A DNA stretch of 64,000 nt from the NCBI RefSeq assembly GCF_046105845.1, contig NZ_CP151004.1. One strand, given 5' to 3'. Below are positions 52,055 to 64,000 of this stretch, one piece after another. Positions within the stretch are counted from its first letter, which is position 1. Each line of letters opens with the position of its first letter. Source of the DNA: Escherichia coli. GTDB lineage: Bacteria; Pseudomonadota; Gammaproteobacteria; Enterobacterales; Enterobacteriaceae. Under the pieces are notes generated by a model, which saw only the letters and a list, made by a program, of their open reading frames with translations, had not been told where the DNA came from and did no database searches. The position numbers and the translations under genes are program-made.

Positions 52055-52154
52055 TCAAAATCACCGTTTGCTTAAAAATGGATTCTACCATCGCTTTTTC
52101 AGAGTTACAGCACTTTTTGCACTCAAAAATGACCTCGATCAGTCTGTTTTTTGT

Positions 52155-52352
52155 TCAGCCAATCGTTTTCCTCAACATGTAGTAGACCACAACGCCCGCA
52201 ACCACAAGTCCACCGCCAAAACGACGTAAAATATTATCAGGCAAATTGGTCATCGCAGAGATCATCTTCTTCCATGCCTTCGGGTAAAGCATCGGCCCTA
52301 AACCTTCGAGCACCAAAACCAGGGCAAGCGCCAGCCAGATTGTCGAATTCAT
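52155..52352 (-). CDS. yjeT: DUF2065 small membrane protein
   Basis: 65-aa ORF with two hydrophobic segments. Confidence 0.75.
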   Translation of the reverse strand: MNSTIWLALALVLVLEGLGPMLYPKAWKKMISAMTNLPDNILRRFGGGLVVAGVVVYYMLRKTIG

Positions 52353-52365
52353 TGATTATCCTTAT

Positions 52366-52404
52366 AGAAAAAGAAAACCACCGACATCCCTGAGGATGCG
52401 GTGG
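52366..52404 (-). terminator. rho-independent terminator downstream of hflC
   Basis: On minus strand GCCACCGCATCCtcagGGATGTCGGTGG followed by TTTTCTTTTTCT. Confidence 0.8.
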
Positions 52405-52433
52405 CTTTATTGACCTGTACCGCAGTCGTTATA

Positions 52434-53438
52434 TTAACGCGTTGCGGAAGTCGGCGTCTTCATGTAGCGGAAGAAATCGCTATCCGGGCTCATGACCATC
52501 ACGTCCTGATTGCCAGAGAAGCTGTTCTCATAAGCACGCAGGCTACGGATAAATGCGTAGAAGTCCGGATCTTTACTGAATGCATCAGCAAACAGTTTGG
52601 CTGCTTCTGCATCGCCTTCACCACGCATGATGCGGCCCTGACGCTCAGCTTCTGCCAGCGTTCTGGTCACTTCATAGTCGGCAGTCGCACGCAGTTTTTC
52701 CGCTTCTTCCTGACCTTGTGAACGGTGACGACGCGCTACCGCTTCACGCTCGGCGCGCATACGGTTGTAGATCGCTTCAGACACTTCGGTCGGCAGGTTG
52801 ATCTGCTTAATTCGCACATCGACAACTTCAATACCCAGCGCCGCCATACTGTTCGGGTTGATGACCGGAACTTTACCCTTCGTCTCAGCCGTTACGCGCT
52901 CTGCCGCTTCGGCAATGGCGTTATCTGCTGCCGGGGTAGTAACTTCATCTTCTGTACCCGCAGAACCGGAGTTCAGCGCGTCACGTACTTCGAGGGTCAG
53001 ACGACCACGGGAATCGGTGACGATGTCTTTCACGTCCAGGCGACCAATTTCAGAACGCAGACGGTCAGAGAACTTACGTTTCAACAGCACTTCCGCTTGC
53101 GAAATGTCGCCACCACCCGTTGCCAGGTAGTAACGGCTGAAATCGCTGATGCGCCATTTGATGTAAGAGTCGACGATCAGGTCTTTCTTCTCTTTGGTCA
53201 CAAAGCGGTCGGCCTGGTTGTCCATTGTCTGAATACGTGCGTCGAGCATTTTCACCGTTTCAATGAACGGTATCTTGAAATGCAGACCCGGCTCATAAAC
53301 CAGAGGTTTGTTGTCATCGTCACGCAGTACCTTACCAAAACGCAGCGTAATACCGCGCTCACCTTCTTTGACGACAAAGACAGACATGTAAAGCACTACC
53401 AGCACGATGATGATAATCGCGATAACTGACTTACGCAT
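52434..53438 (-). CDS. hflC: FtsH protease modulator HflC (SPFH/band-7)
   Basis: 334-aa ORF with N-terminal TM anchor (MRKSVIAIIIIVLVVLYMSVFVV…). Confidence 0.95.
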   Translation of the reverse strand: MRKSVIAIIIIVLVVLYMSVFVVKEGERGITLRFGKVLRDDDNKPLVYEPGLHFKIPFIETVKMLDARIQTMDNQADRFVTKEKKDLIVDSYIKWRISDFSRYYLATGGGDISQAEVLLKRKFSDRLRSEIGRLDVKDIVTDSRGRLTLEVRDALNSGSAGTEDEVTTPAADNAIAEAAERVTAETKGKVPVINPNSMAALGIEVVDVRIKQINLPTEVSEAIYNRMRAEREAVARRHRSQGQEEAEKLRATADYEVTRTLAEAERQGRIMRGEGDAEAAKLFADAFSKDPDFYAFIRSLRAYENSFSGNQDVMVMSPDSDFFRYMKTPTSATR

Positions 53439-53440
53439 CG

Positions 53441-54700
53441 TTATTCCCCCTGACGCTGGTAGTCGTTACGCTGCGCGTTGGCGCGGCGTTGGTCCATAAT
53501 ATCGCCCTGACTGGTGGACGACGTGTTGCTTGCTCCACTGGTTGTGGAGGAAGAGGCTGGCGGCAGACGCAGCAGATTGCTGGCACCGTTATCGCTCTTC
53601 GCCGCAGGGGCGTTACCACCTTTCAGCATCTGGTCTAACGGCAGAACCATCAGGTTGCCACCTTTATCGTTAACCAGCACTTTGCGGGTGTTGCCCAACA
53701 CTTTTTCCATCGTCTCGATATACAGACGCTCGCGAGTAATTTCCGGCGCAGCTTTATATTCCGGCAGAAGTTTAGCAAAGCGCGCCACTTCACCCTGAGC
53801 TTCCAGGATGGTCTGGGCCTTGTACGCACGCGCCTCTTCGAGGATACGTTGCGCCTGACCGTTCGCACGCGGCTGAACTTCGTTGGTATACGCTTCTGCT
53901 TCACGAATGTATTGCTGTTCGTTTTCACGCGCGGCAATCGCATCGTCAAACGCCGCTTTTACTTCTTCCGGCGGACGAGCTGCCTGGAAGTTGACGTCCA
54001 GCAGAGTGATGCCCATGTCATACGGACGAATCGTCTCTTCCAGTTCGCGCTGAGTATCGCTACGAATCACGGTACGACCTTCCGTCAGAATGCGGTCCAT
54101 GGTGTATTTACCGATAACCCCACGCAGGGCACTGTCGGTAGCCTGACGCAGGCTGTCATCCGGGCTGGTCACGCTATACAGATATTTTTCCGGATTGGTG
54201 ACGCGGTACTGCACGTTCATCTCAACGCGCACTACGTTCTCGTCCGACGTCAGCATCACACCAGAAGCGGCCAGTTCACGCACGGCTTCCACGTTCACCG
54301 GTTTGACTTCGTCGATAAACGTCGGTTTCCAGTTCAGACCCGGCTCAACCAGATGGCTGAATTTACCAAAGCGTGTTACCACGCCACGTTCGGCTTCTTT
54401 AATGGTATAGAAACCACTGGCCGCCCAGATAATGACAATCGCTGCCGCTGCGATGGTAACGACACGACCGCCAAGCTGCGGGCGCGGGCCTTGCGATGAA
54501 CTGCCACCGCCAGATCCGGTGCCTTTACCGCCGCCCAGACCACCGAGCTTTTTGCTCAGTTTGCGGAAGATATCATCTAAATCAGGTGGCCCTTGATCGC
54601 GACCGCCTTTGTTTCCATTTCCCTCAGAGTTGCCGCCAGGTTTGCTGCTTCCCCACGGGTCGCGGTCTTGTCCGTTATTACCGGGCTGATTCCACGCCAT
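53441..54700 (-). CDS. hflK: FtsH protease modulator HflK (SPFH/band-7)
   Basis: 419-aa ORF with Gly-rich N-terminus and band-7 domain. Confidence 0.95.
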   Translation of the reverse strand: MAWNQPGNNGQDRDPWGSSKPGGNSEGNGNKGGRDQGPPDLDDIFRKLSKKLGGLGGGKGTGSGGGSSSQGPRPQLGGRVVTIAAAAIVIIWAASGFYTIKEAERGVVTRFGKFSHLVEPGLNWKPTFIDEVKPVNVEAVRELAASGVMLTSDENVVRVEMNVQYRVTNPEKYLYSVTSPDDSLRQATDSALRGVIGKYTMDRILTEGRTVIRSDTQRELEETIRPYDMGITLLDVNFQAARPPEEVKAAFDDAIAARENEQQYIREAEAYTNEVQPRANGQAQRILEEARAYKAQTILEAQGEVARFAKLLPEYKAAPEITRERLYIETMEKVLGNTRKVLVNDKGGNLMVLPLDQMLKGGNAPAAKSDNGASNLLRLPPASSSTTSGASNTSSTSQGDIMDQRRANAQRNDYQRQGE

Positions 54701-54785
54701 GTTTGTGCTCCATATTTGTTATGCGGTGATCCCTGTTGTCTTTCGACGCCAGAGGATATGACTCCACGCTTCAGACGCTACGCCG

Positions 54786-56066
54786 TTAGATCAGGTAATC
54801 GATCAACGCCGGTTCTTGTTTACAGAGGCGACGCCAGTCAACGATCGGCATACGAACTTGCAGACTTACGCTGCCGTCCTCCTCCATCCACTCTTTTTCT
54901 ATTGCCTGAAGCTGATAAAAACGACTTCTCAGACGCCCTTCCTGCGGTGGCAGACGCAATGTATGCTGCGCCACCTCGCCGGAAAGCCGCTCCGTCAAAG
55001 CCTGAAAAAGCTGTGGTATCCCCGCTCCGGTCTGTGCGGAAAGCCAGACACGGATCGGTTTGTTCTCTTCGTCCCGATCAATACGCGGTTCGAAATCTTC
55101 CAGCATATCGATCTTGTTCATCACCAGCAGGGTTGGGATCTCGTGAGCGTCGATCTCTTCAAGAACCGTATTCACCGCTTCGATGTTTTCTTGTACACGT
55201 ACATCCGCCGCATCAATGACGTGCAGCAGCAATGTGGCTTGCCGCGTCTCTTGTAACGTGGCTTTAAATGCCGCCACCAGATCGTGCGGCAGGTGGCGAA
55301 TAAACCCTACGGTATCTGCCAACACGGTTTCACCGACATCCGCGACGTCAATACGCCGCAACGTCGGGTCGAGGGTGGCAAACAACTGGTCTGCCGCGTA
55401 GACCCGCGCTTCGGTGATGCGATTGAAAAGGGTAGATTTACCGGCGTTGGTATATCCCACCAGCGAAACAGTAGGAACGTCGGCTTTGATACGCGATTGC
55501 CGCCCCTGCTCACGCTGCTTTTCAACTCTTTCCAGGCGCGACTGTATCTGCACGATGCGATTACGCAACAAACGACGGTCGGTTTCGAGCTGGGTTTCAC
55601 CCGGACCACGCAAACCTATCCCGCCTTTCTGTCTTTCAAGGTGGGTCCAGCCACGCACCAGGCGCGTAGCCAGATGGCGCAGCTGCGCCAGCTCAACCTG
55701 CAACTTACCCTCATGGGTACGCGCACGTTGGGCGAAAATATCTAAAATAAGGCCGGTGCGGTCGATGACACGACACTCGCACAAACGCTCCAGGTTACGC
55801 TCTTGCGCCGGGCTCAGGGCATGGTCAAAAAGAACGACCGAAGCACCCGTCGCTTTGACAGCTTCCGCAATTTCAACTGCTTTACCTTCACCTACAAAAT
55901 ACTTTGGGTGCGGCGCTTTACGGCTACCGGTAATCACCTGCAATGCTTCGACACCGGCGGAAGAGACCAGAGATTCAAACTCCTGGAGGTCTTCCATATC
56001 TTTGTCTTGCGTAAAATAGATGTGTACCAGTACCGCCTGCTCACCAGCATCATAACGGTCAAACAA
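54786..56066 (-). CDS. hflX: ribosome-associated GTPase HflX
   Basis: 426-aa ORF with G-domain motifs ([17 protein letters not shown]). Confidence 0.95.
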   Translation of the reverse strand: MFDRYDAGEQAVLVHIYFTQDKDMEDLQEFESLVSSAGVEALQVITGSRKAPHPKYFVGEGKAVEIAEAVKATGASVVLFDHALSPAQERNLERLCECRVIDRTGLILDIFAQRARTHEGKLQVELAQLRHLATRLVRGWTHLERQKGGIGLRGPGETQLETDRRLLRNRIVQIQSRLERVEKQREQGRQSRIKADVPTVSLVGYTNAGKSTLFNRITEARVYAADQLFATLDPTLRRIDVADVGETVLADTVGFIRHLPHDLVAAFKATLQETRQATLLLHVIDAADVRVQENIEAVNTVLEEIDAHEIPTLLVMNKIDMLEDFEPRIDRDEENKPIRVWLSAQTGAGIPQLFQALTERLSGEVAQHTLRLPPQEGRLRSRFYQLQAIEKEWMEEDGSVSLQVRMPIVDWRRLCKQEPALIDYLI

Positions 56067-56141
56067 GCGTATAACCCTCTAAATAGATCAGCGGGGAACG
56101 CAGGATCGCTGGCTCCCCGTGTAAAAAAACAGCCCGAAACC

Positions 56142-56462
<321 letters not shown>

Positions 56463-56535
56463 TTATATGCTTATTTGTACTTTGAACCTTTCGATTCTGA
56501 AAAAATTGCGCACGATACGTCTCAATTGTACACAT

Positions 56536-57486
56536 TCAGCCTGCGATAGCACCAACAACCTGTAATACTTCGTCACGCGCCTGTTCTGGTTTTTCACTAT
56601 CAAGCCAGTGAACCCCTTCCCAACCACGCAGCCAGGTTATCTGCCGCTTCGCCAACTGTCTCGTGGCGCAAACACCTCGATAAACCATCTCATCGTATGA
56701 GATTTCGCCTTCAAGGTAAGACCACATCTGGCGATAACCCACACAACGAATGGAAGGCAAATCCGTATGCAAATCTCCTCGGGCAAAAAGAGCCCGGACT
56801 TCTGCTTCAAAACCTGAAGCCAACATCTGATGAAAACGCTGCTCAATTCGTTGATGGAGCAGTTCACGGCTCGCCGGGGCGATGGCGAACTGATGCACCT
56901 GATACGGTAGAGCGTCTCCTGACGTTTGCGTCAGTTCCGTTAAAGTTTTACCCGAAATGAAAAAAACTTCCAGTGCCCGGGAAAGCCTTTGTGGATCATT
57001 TGGATGAATCCTTGCTGCCGCAACCGGATCTACCTCCTGAAGTTGACGATGCAATGACTCCCAACCTTGCTCTGCCGCCTGTTGCTCAATTCTGGCCCGC
57101 ACTTCCGGGTCTGCCGACGGTAGCGGCGACAACCCTTCCAGCAATGCCTTGAAATACAACATCGTACCGCCCACTAACAGTGGGATCCGCCCCGCTGCGG
57201 TGATATCGGCCATTTCCGCCAGCGCATCGCGGCGAAAATCAGCAGCCGAGTAAGCCTGCGACGGATCGCGAATATCCAGCAATCGGTGCGGCGCGGCGAG
57301 TAACTCTTCAGCGTTCGGCTTCGCCGTCCCGATATCCATCCCTTTGTAAATAAGGGCAGAATCAACGCTTATCAACTCTACTGGTAAAATTTTACGCAGC
57401 TCAATGGCTAACGCCGTTTTACCGGAGGCCGTCGGCCCCATCAAAAAAATCGCCTTAGGCAGGCTCGCCTTACTGATATCACTCAT
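56536..57486 (-). CDS. miaA: tRNA dimethylallyltransferase
   Basis: 316-aa ORF with P-loop (GPTASGKT). Confidence 0.95.
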
Positions 57487-59326
57487 CTTTCAGGGCTTTT
57501 ATCGCCGGATGTAAATCAACAGATTGTAACAGACCACCCGGCGGCGTTTTCACAAGTTGCGGACATAACCGTTCCACGTCCGCCAGCAGGGTTATGGCCT
57601 GTGCCATTGACCACTGCGCATGTTCGCTCATCAGATTTCGTGCAATCCACTGCGCAATATTGCCAGGTTCGAATACGGACTGCTTCGCCAGGTAGCCTAT
57701 CAGTTCAGGAATCAAGATTTGTAAATTTTGTTGGCGTAAGGGTAAAGGCACGGCCCTGATGGTCACATGCTGCGCATCGGACTGGAAATCAATACCCAAT
57801 TCCGCCAGGGCAGACTGCGCTTTTTCTAATGCCGATTTTTCTTCACCAGAAACTTTTAGCCGCAGCGGAATCAGCAACGGCTGGGCGCAAACTGGCGCTT
57901 CACCCGGCGTCAGTTGCGCCTGACGCAGCCAACGTTCTGCCACTGGCAAGGCTAAAAGTGAAATGTTGCCGTCGCGCTCCAGCAACGCACAGTCGGAATG
58001 GACGATAGTCAGTACCCGACCAAAACTCTGACTGTTCGCCGCAAGTGCAGGTTCCTGCGGTTCTGGCGCTTTTGGTTTTTGCATCGGCGCGGGCGTTTGC
58101 AAAAGCTGGCGATACACTTCACCTTGCTGTTTCTGGTAACCTGGCTGCGCATTCGGCCAGGGGGCAGCCGGACGACTGCCTGAGGCGGGCGCAGGAGTGT
58201 AACGCGGAGCTACTGGCTCACGAACTGCCGGTTCAGCAAAATGATTGCGCCCCGCCGCCACGCGGTTTTCCGGGATGGCGCGCGGTGCAGGTTGTGGTTC
58301 ATCGTCCAGCGGTAGCGGCGTTTCCAGTTGCTGTTGTAGCACGCTCAGCACGCCCTGATAGATAAAATCATGCACCAGACGCGACTGATGGAAACGCACT
58401 TCGTGTTTGGCAGGGTGCACGTTGACGTCCACCTGATGTGGGTCGATCTCCAGATACAACACAAATGCCGGTTGCTGATCGGCCCCCAGTTTGTCTTCGC
58501 AGGCCTGGCGGATCGCGTGATTGATCAGACGATCGCGCATCATGCGACCATTCACATAGCAATACTGAATTTCCGCCAGTGCGGGCGTGGTGTGATTCGG
58601 ATCTGCCACCCAGCCGCGCAGCGTGAGATCGCCGTGTTGCCATTCAATCGCCAGCGCTTGTTCGAGAAAAGCGGTGCCGCAAATCGCCCCTAAACGGCGC
58701 TCTTTTTGTCCACCTTCCGGCACGGCGCGGTACTGGCGGACCATTTTCCCGTTATGCGACAGGTTGATCGTGACGTCGAAACGCGCCAGCGCAATGCGGC
58801 GGATGATCTCATCAATGTGGTTAAATTCGGTTTTCTCGGTGCGCAGGAATTTGCGCCGCGCCGGGGTGTTGTAGAACAGGTCCAGCACCTCCAGCGTAGT
58901 CCCCACCGGATGCGCCGCCGGTTTTACCGTCACGTCCATATCGCGCCCTTCGGCATAGGCCTGCCAGGCTTCCTGCTGTTCTGCGGTACGTGAAGTGAGC
59001 GTCAGGCGGGAAACCGAACTGATACTCGCCAGCGCCTCACCGCGAAAGCCCAGGCTGATAATGGCTTCGAGATCGTCCAGAGAGGCGATTTTACTGGTGG
59101 CATGACGAGCCAGCGCCAGCGCCAGCTCATCTTTTTTGATACCGCAGCCGTTATCACGAATGCGGATAAGTTTCGCCCCACCGCGTTCGATATCAATATC
59201 GATACGCGTCGCACCTGCATCGAGGCTGTTTTCCACCAGTTCTTTGACTACCGACGCAGGTCGCTCGACCACCTCACCTGCGGCAATCTGGTTCGCCAGT
59301 TGTGGCGGTAAGACCTGAATTGGCAT
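57479..59326 (-). CDS. mutL: DNA mismatch repair protein MutL
   Basis: Start trimmed to [39 protein letters not shown]… (615 aa); stop overlaps miaA start. Confidence 0.95.
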
Positions 59327-59335
59327 CAATAATCC

Positions 59336-60673
59336 TTAGTTTGGCAGCGTGCGATCTGGCGTCGTCACCGTACTGGCCGTTTGTGCCGCTGCACCCTGCG
59401 GCGCAGATTGCATCGGATGCGCAAGGAAATAATTGCGCAGGCCTTTGTAAATGGCTTCTGCCAGCTGTTGTTGGTAATCGTCGCTCGCCAGCAAACGTTC
59501 TTCGCTGTTGTTGCTGATAAAACCGGTTTCGACCAGTACTGATGGGATATCCGGCGAACGCAGAACGCCAAGGCTGGCGTGTTCTGGTCGACGTTTATGT
59601 ATTTCGCCAATGCGTTGCAACTGACTGATCATACTGGTCGCTACATCATACCCTACCCGCTGGGAATGACCGAACTGTAAATCCAGCACCGCCTGGCTTA
59701 AATAGGGGTCAGACTGACTGTTCGCCAGCACATCGCCCGCTCCGCCCAATAGCTCCGACTGTTTCTCATGCTGTTCCAGCCAGCTTGCCATCTCGCTGTT
59801 TGCACGACGGTTTGAGAGCACCCATACGGAAGCGCCAGTCGCACTGCGGTTCGGTGCGGCATCAGCGTGAATCGACACGAGGAAATTGGCGTTTTGCTTA
59901 CGTGCCACATCGCTGCGCCCCATCACCGAGATAAAGTAATCCCCGTCACGGGTTAAAACGCCTTTAAACATTGGATCGTCATTGAGCAAAGTACGCAATT
60001 TACGTGCGATGGCGATGGTGACATTTTTCTCCCGCGTACCGCCGGGGCCGATAGCGCCAGGGTCCTGACCGCCGTGTCCTGCATCAATAGCGATGATAAT
60101 TTTATCGCCAGTGTTAGCCGTCGCACGCGCTGCCGGACGCGTTACCGTATTACTGCTGATAACACCTGTAGTGCGGTTACTTTCCGTTTTAAACGGATTG
60201 CGCGCCGGTTCGCTGACGCGCGGTGCGACAACCGCAGGCGTTTCAACGCGTTTCGCAACCACAGGCGGCGGAGGAGGCGGTGGCGGCACATCGGCGTTAA
60301 TCGTAAAGACGACAGTGTAATTGCTGCCATTCTGCCGCTTCACCGCTTCGGTTTTACCGTTTTCGGTAAGATCGACCACCAGCCGTAGCGTTTGTGCATC
60401 TTTAGGCGTTCCGGAGCGAATCGCCTTCACCAGATTATTGCCGCTAAACAACAACGGCAGCCCCTGAATTACCCCCGTTTGTTTGATATCGAGCGCCACG
60501 GTGCGTTTGCTTTGATGGCTAAACGCATAATCAGGATCGCCAATAAAACTCAACGTTATCCGCGCCTGTTGGTTGCCGTTAGAAACCTGAATATCAGAGA
60601 GCGTCGCGGCACCCACCTGCGCGCACAGCAGCAGCAACGTCGCTACCAACCAATTTCTGATGCGATACATCAT
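59336..60673 (-). CDS. amiB: N-acetylmuramoyl-L-alanine amidase AmiB
   Basis: Start trimmed to [23 protein letters not shown]… (445 aa); polyproline linker and amidase_3 domain. Confidence 0.92.
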   Translation of the reverse strand: MMYRIRNWLVATLLLLCAQVGAATLSDIQVSNGNQQARITLSFIGDPDYAFSHQSKRTVALDIKQTGVIQGLPLLFSGNNLVKAIRSGTPKDAQTLRLVVDLTENGKTEAVKRQNGSNYTVVFTINADVPPPPPPPPVVAKRVETPAVVAPRVSEPARNPFKTESNRTTGVISSNTVTRPAARATANTGDKIIIAIDAGHGGQDPGAIGPGGTREKNVTIAIARKLRTLLNDDPMFKGVLTRDGDYFISVMGRSDVARKQNANFLVSIHADAAPNRSATGASVWVLSNRRANSEMASWLEQHEKQSELLGGAGDVLANSQSDPYLSQAVLDLQFGHSQRVGYDVATSMISQLQRIGEIHKRRPEHASLGVLRSPDIPSVLVETGFISNNSEERLLASDDYQQQLAEAIYKGLRNYFLAHPMQSAPQGAAAQTASTVTTPDRTLPN

Positions 60674-60691
60674 CCCGCCACCTTTCAAAGG

Positions 60692-62670
<1,979 letters not shown>

Positions 62671-62672
<2 letters not shown>

Positions 62673-63810
62673 GTCAGAGCCCCTCGATCTCAATCAGTTA
62701 GCGCAAAAAATTAAACAGTGGGGGCTGGAACTGGGCTTTCAGCAGGTAGGTATTACCGATACCGATCTCAGCGCGTCCGAGCCCAAACTGCAAGCATGGC
62801 TGGACAAACAATACCACGGCGAAATGGACTGGATGGCGCGTCACGGTATGCTGCGTGCTCGTCCTCACGAATTATTGCCCGGTACGCTGCGCGTGATCAG
62901 CGTGCGGATGAATTACCTTCCTGCTAACGCCGCATTTGCCAGCACGCTGAAAAATCCCAAACTCGGCTATGTTAGCCGTTATGCGCTGGGCCGTGACTAT
63001 CACAAGCTTCTGCGCAACCGACTCAAAAAGCTGGGCGAGATGATTCAGCAACATTGTGTTTCGCTGAATTTTAGACCGTTTGTCGATTCTGCGCCTATTC
63101 TCGAGCGCCCGTTAGCTGAAAAAGCAGGACTTGGCTGGACAGGTAAGCACTCACTTATCCTCAATCGCGAAGCCGGTTCGTTCTTCTTTTTAGGCGAATT
63201 GCTGGTCGATATTCCGCTGCCCGTGGATCAACCAGTCGAGGAAAGATGCGGTAAATGCGTGGCCTGTATGACGATTTGCCCGACCGGTGCCATCGTCGAG
63301 CCATATACCGTAGATGCTCGCCGCTGCATTTCTTATCTGACGATAGAACTGGAAGGGGCAATCCCGGAAGAGTTGCGACCGTTAATGGGAAATCGTATTT
63401 ATGGTTGCGATGACTGCCAGCTTATCTGCCCGTGGAATCGCTATTCGCAACTCACTACAGAAGACGATTTCAGCCCGCGTAAGCCGCTACACGCTCCGGA
63501 ACTCATTGAGTTATTCGCCTGGAGCGAAGAGCAGTTTTTAAAAGTCACGGAAGGTTCGGCGATTCGCCGTATAGGTCACCTGCGTTGGCTGCGTAATATC
63601 GCCGTAGCATTAGGCAATGCCCCCTGGGATGAAACGATTTTGACAGCGCTGGAAAGTCGTAAAGGTGAGCACCCACTTCTCGATGAGCACATAGCGTGGG
63701 CGATTGCGCAGCAAATCGAGAGGCGAAATGCGTGCGTGGTCGAAGTGCAATTACCGAAAAAACAGCGTCTGGTTCGGGTGATTGAAAAAGGGTTACCGCG
63801 TGACGCCTGA
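62671..63810 (+). CDS. queG: epoxyqueuosine reductase
   Basis: Start trimmed to MSEPLDLNQLAQKIKQWGLELGFQQ… (379 aa); 4Fe-4S ferredoxin Cys motifs (CGKCVACMTICPTGA, CDDCQLICPWN). Confidence 0.9.
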
Positions 63811-64000
63811 TTCATCCACAGCTTGTGAATAAAAATAAAAACGCATTGCAATTCAAGCCGGAAAAAATCGTCAAGTGATCGATACGACAAAACGAAATCT
63901 TAATTTTTAACTTATCTATCAATAGGTTAAAAAAATACTATTCACCGTGCGAAGTTTCTTTGAAATTAAGATTACAGCCTGAGACTGTGGATAACTCTGT

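Noticed and set aside
52725-54499. Plus-strand ORFs of 234 aa and 216 aa
   Set aside because: Antisense to hflC and hflK respectively.
63811-64000. tRNA or small RNA gene in the AT-rich tail after queG
   Set aside because: No cloverleaf-compatible sequence or conserved tRNA boxes recognised in the 190 bp present; any gene there likely lies beyond the window.

Overview
This window reads as an Escherichia coli-type chromosomal segment, in reverse orientation relative to the K-12 map, running from fbp through the ytfQRT-yjfF transporter, ppa, chpBS, tamAB, msrA, cysQ/cpdB, cycA, the rpsF-priB-rpsR-rplI ribosomal operon, the ula (ascorbate) regulon, aidB, the yjfIJKLMC cluster, rlmB-rnr-nsrR, purA, hflCKX-hfq-miaA-mutL-amiB-tsaE-nnr to queG. 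I call about 67 protein-coding genes, almost all of them recognisable core genes; gene names come from my own reading of the six-frame translations, not from a database search, and several track ORFs were trimmed to internal starts. The one clear accessory element is an IS200/IS605-family insertion (about 27.09-28.84 kb) with an intact TnpB-type gene and a divergent TnpA gene interrupted by an in-frame TGA, flanked by near-identical subterminal hairpins. It abuts a ytfA-like remnant. No rRNA, tRNA or CRISPR array was recognised. Other points worth a second look are the low-GC orphan genes ytfI and yjfZ, the conserved but uncharacterised yjfI-yjfC cluster (PspA-like protein plus ATP-grasp ligase), and several operator-like palindromes. 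I found no strong evidence for a wholly novel system; the candidates are hypotheses. Coordinates of short intergenic motifs are approximate (about +/-2 bp) and the motif strings are given so they can be located exactly.
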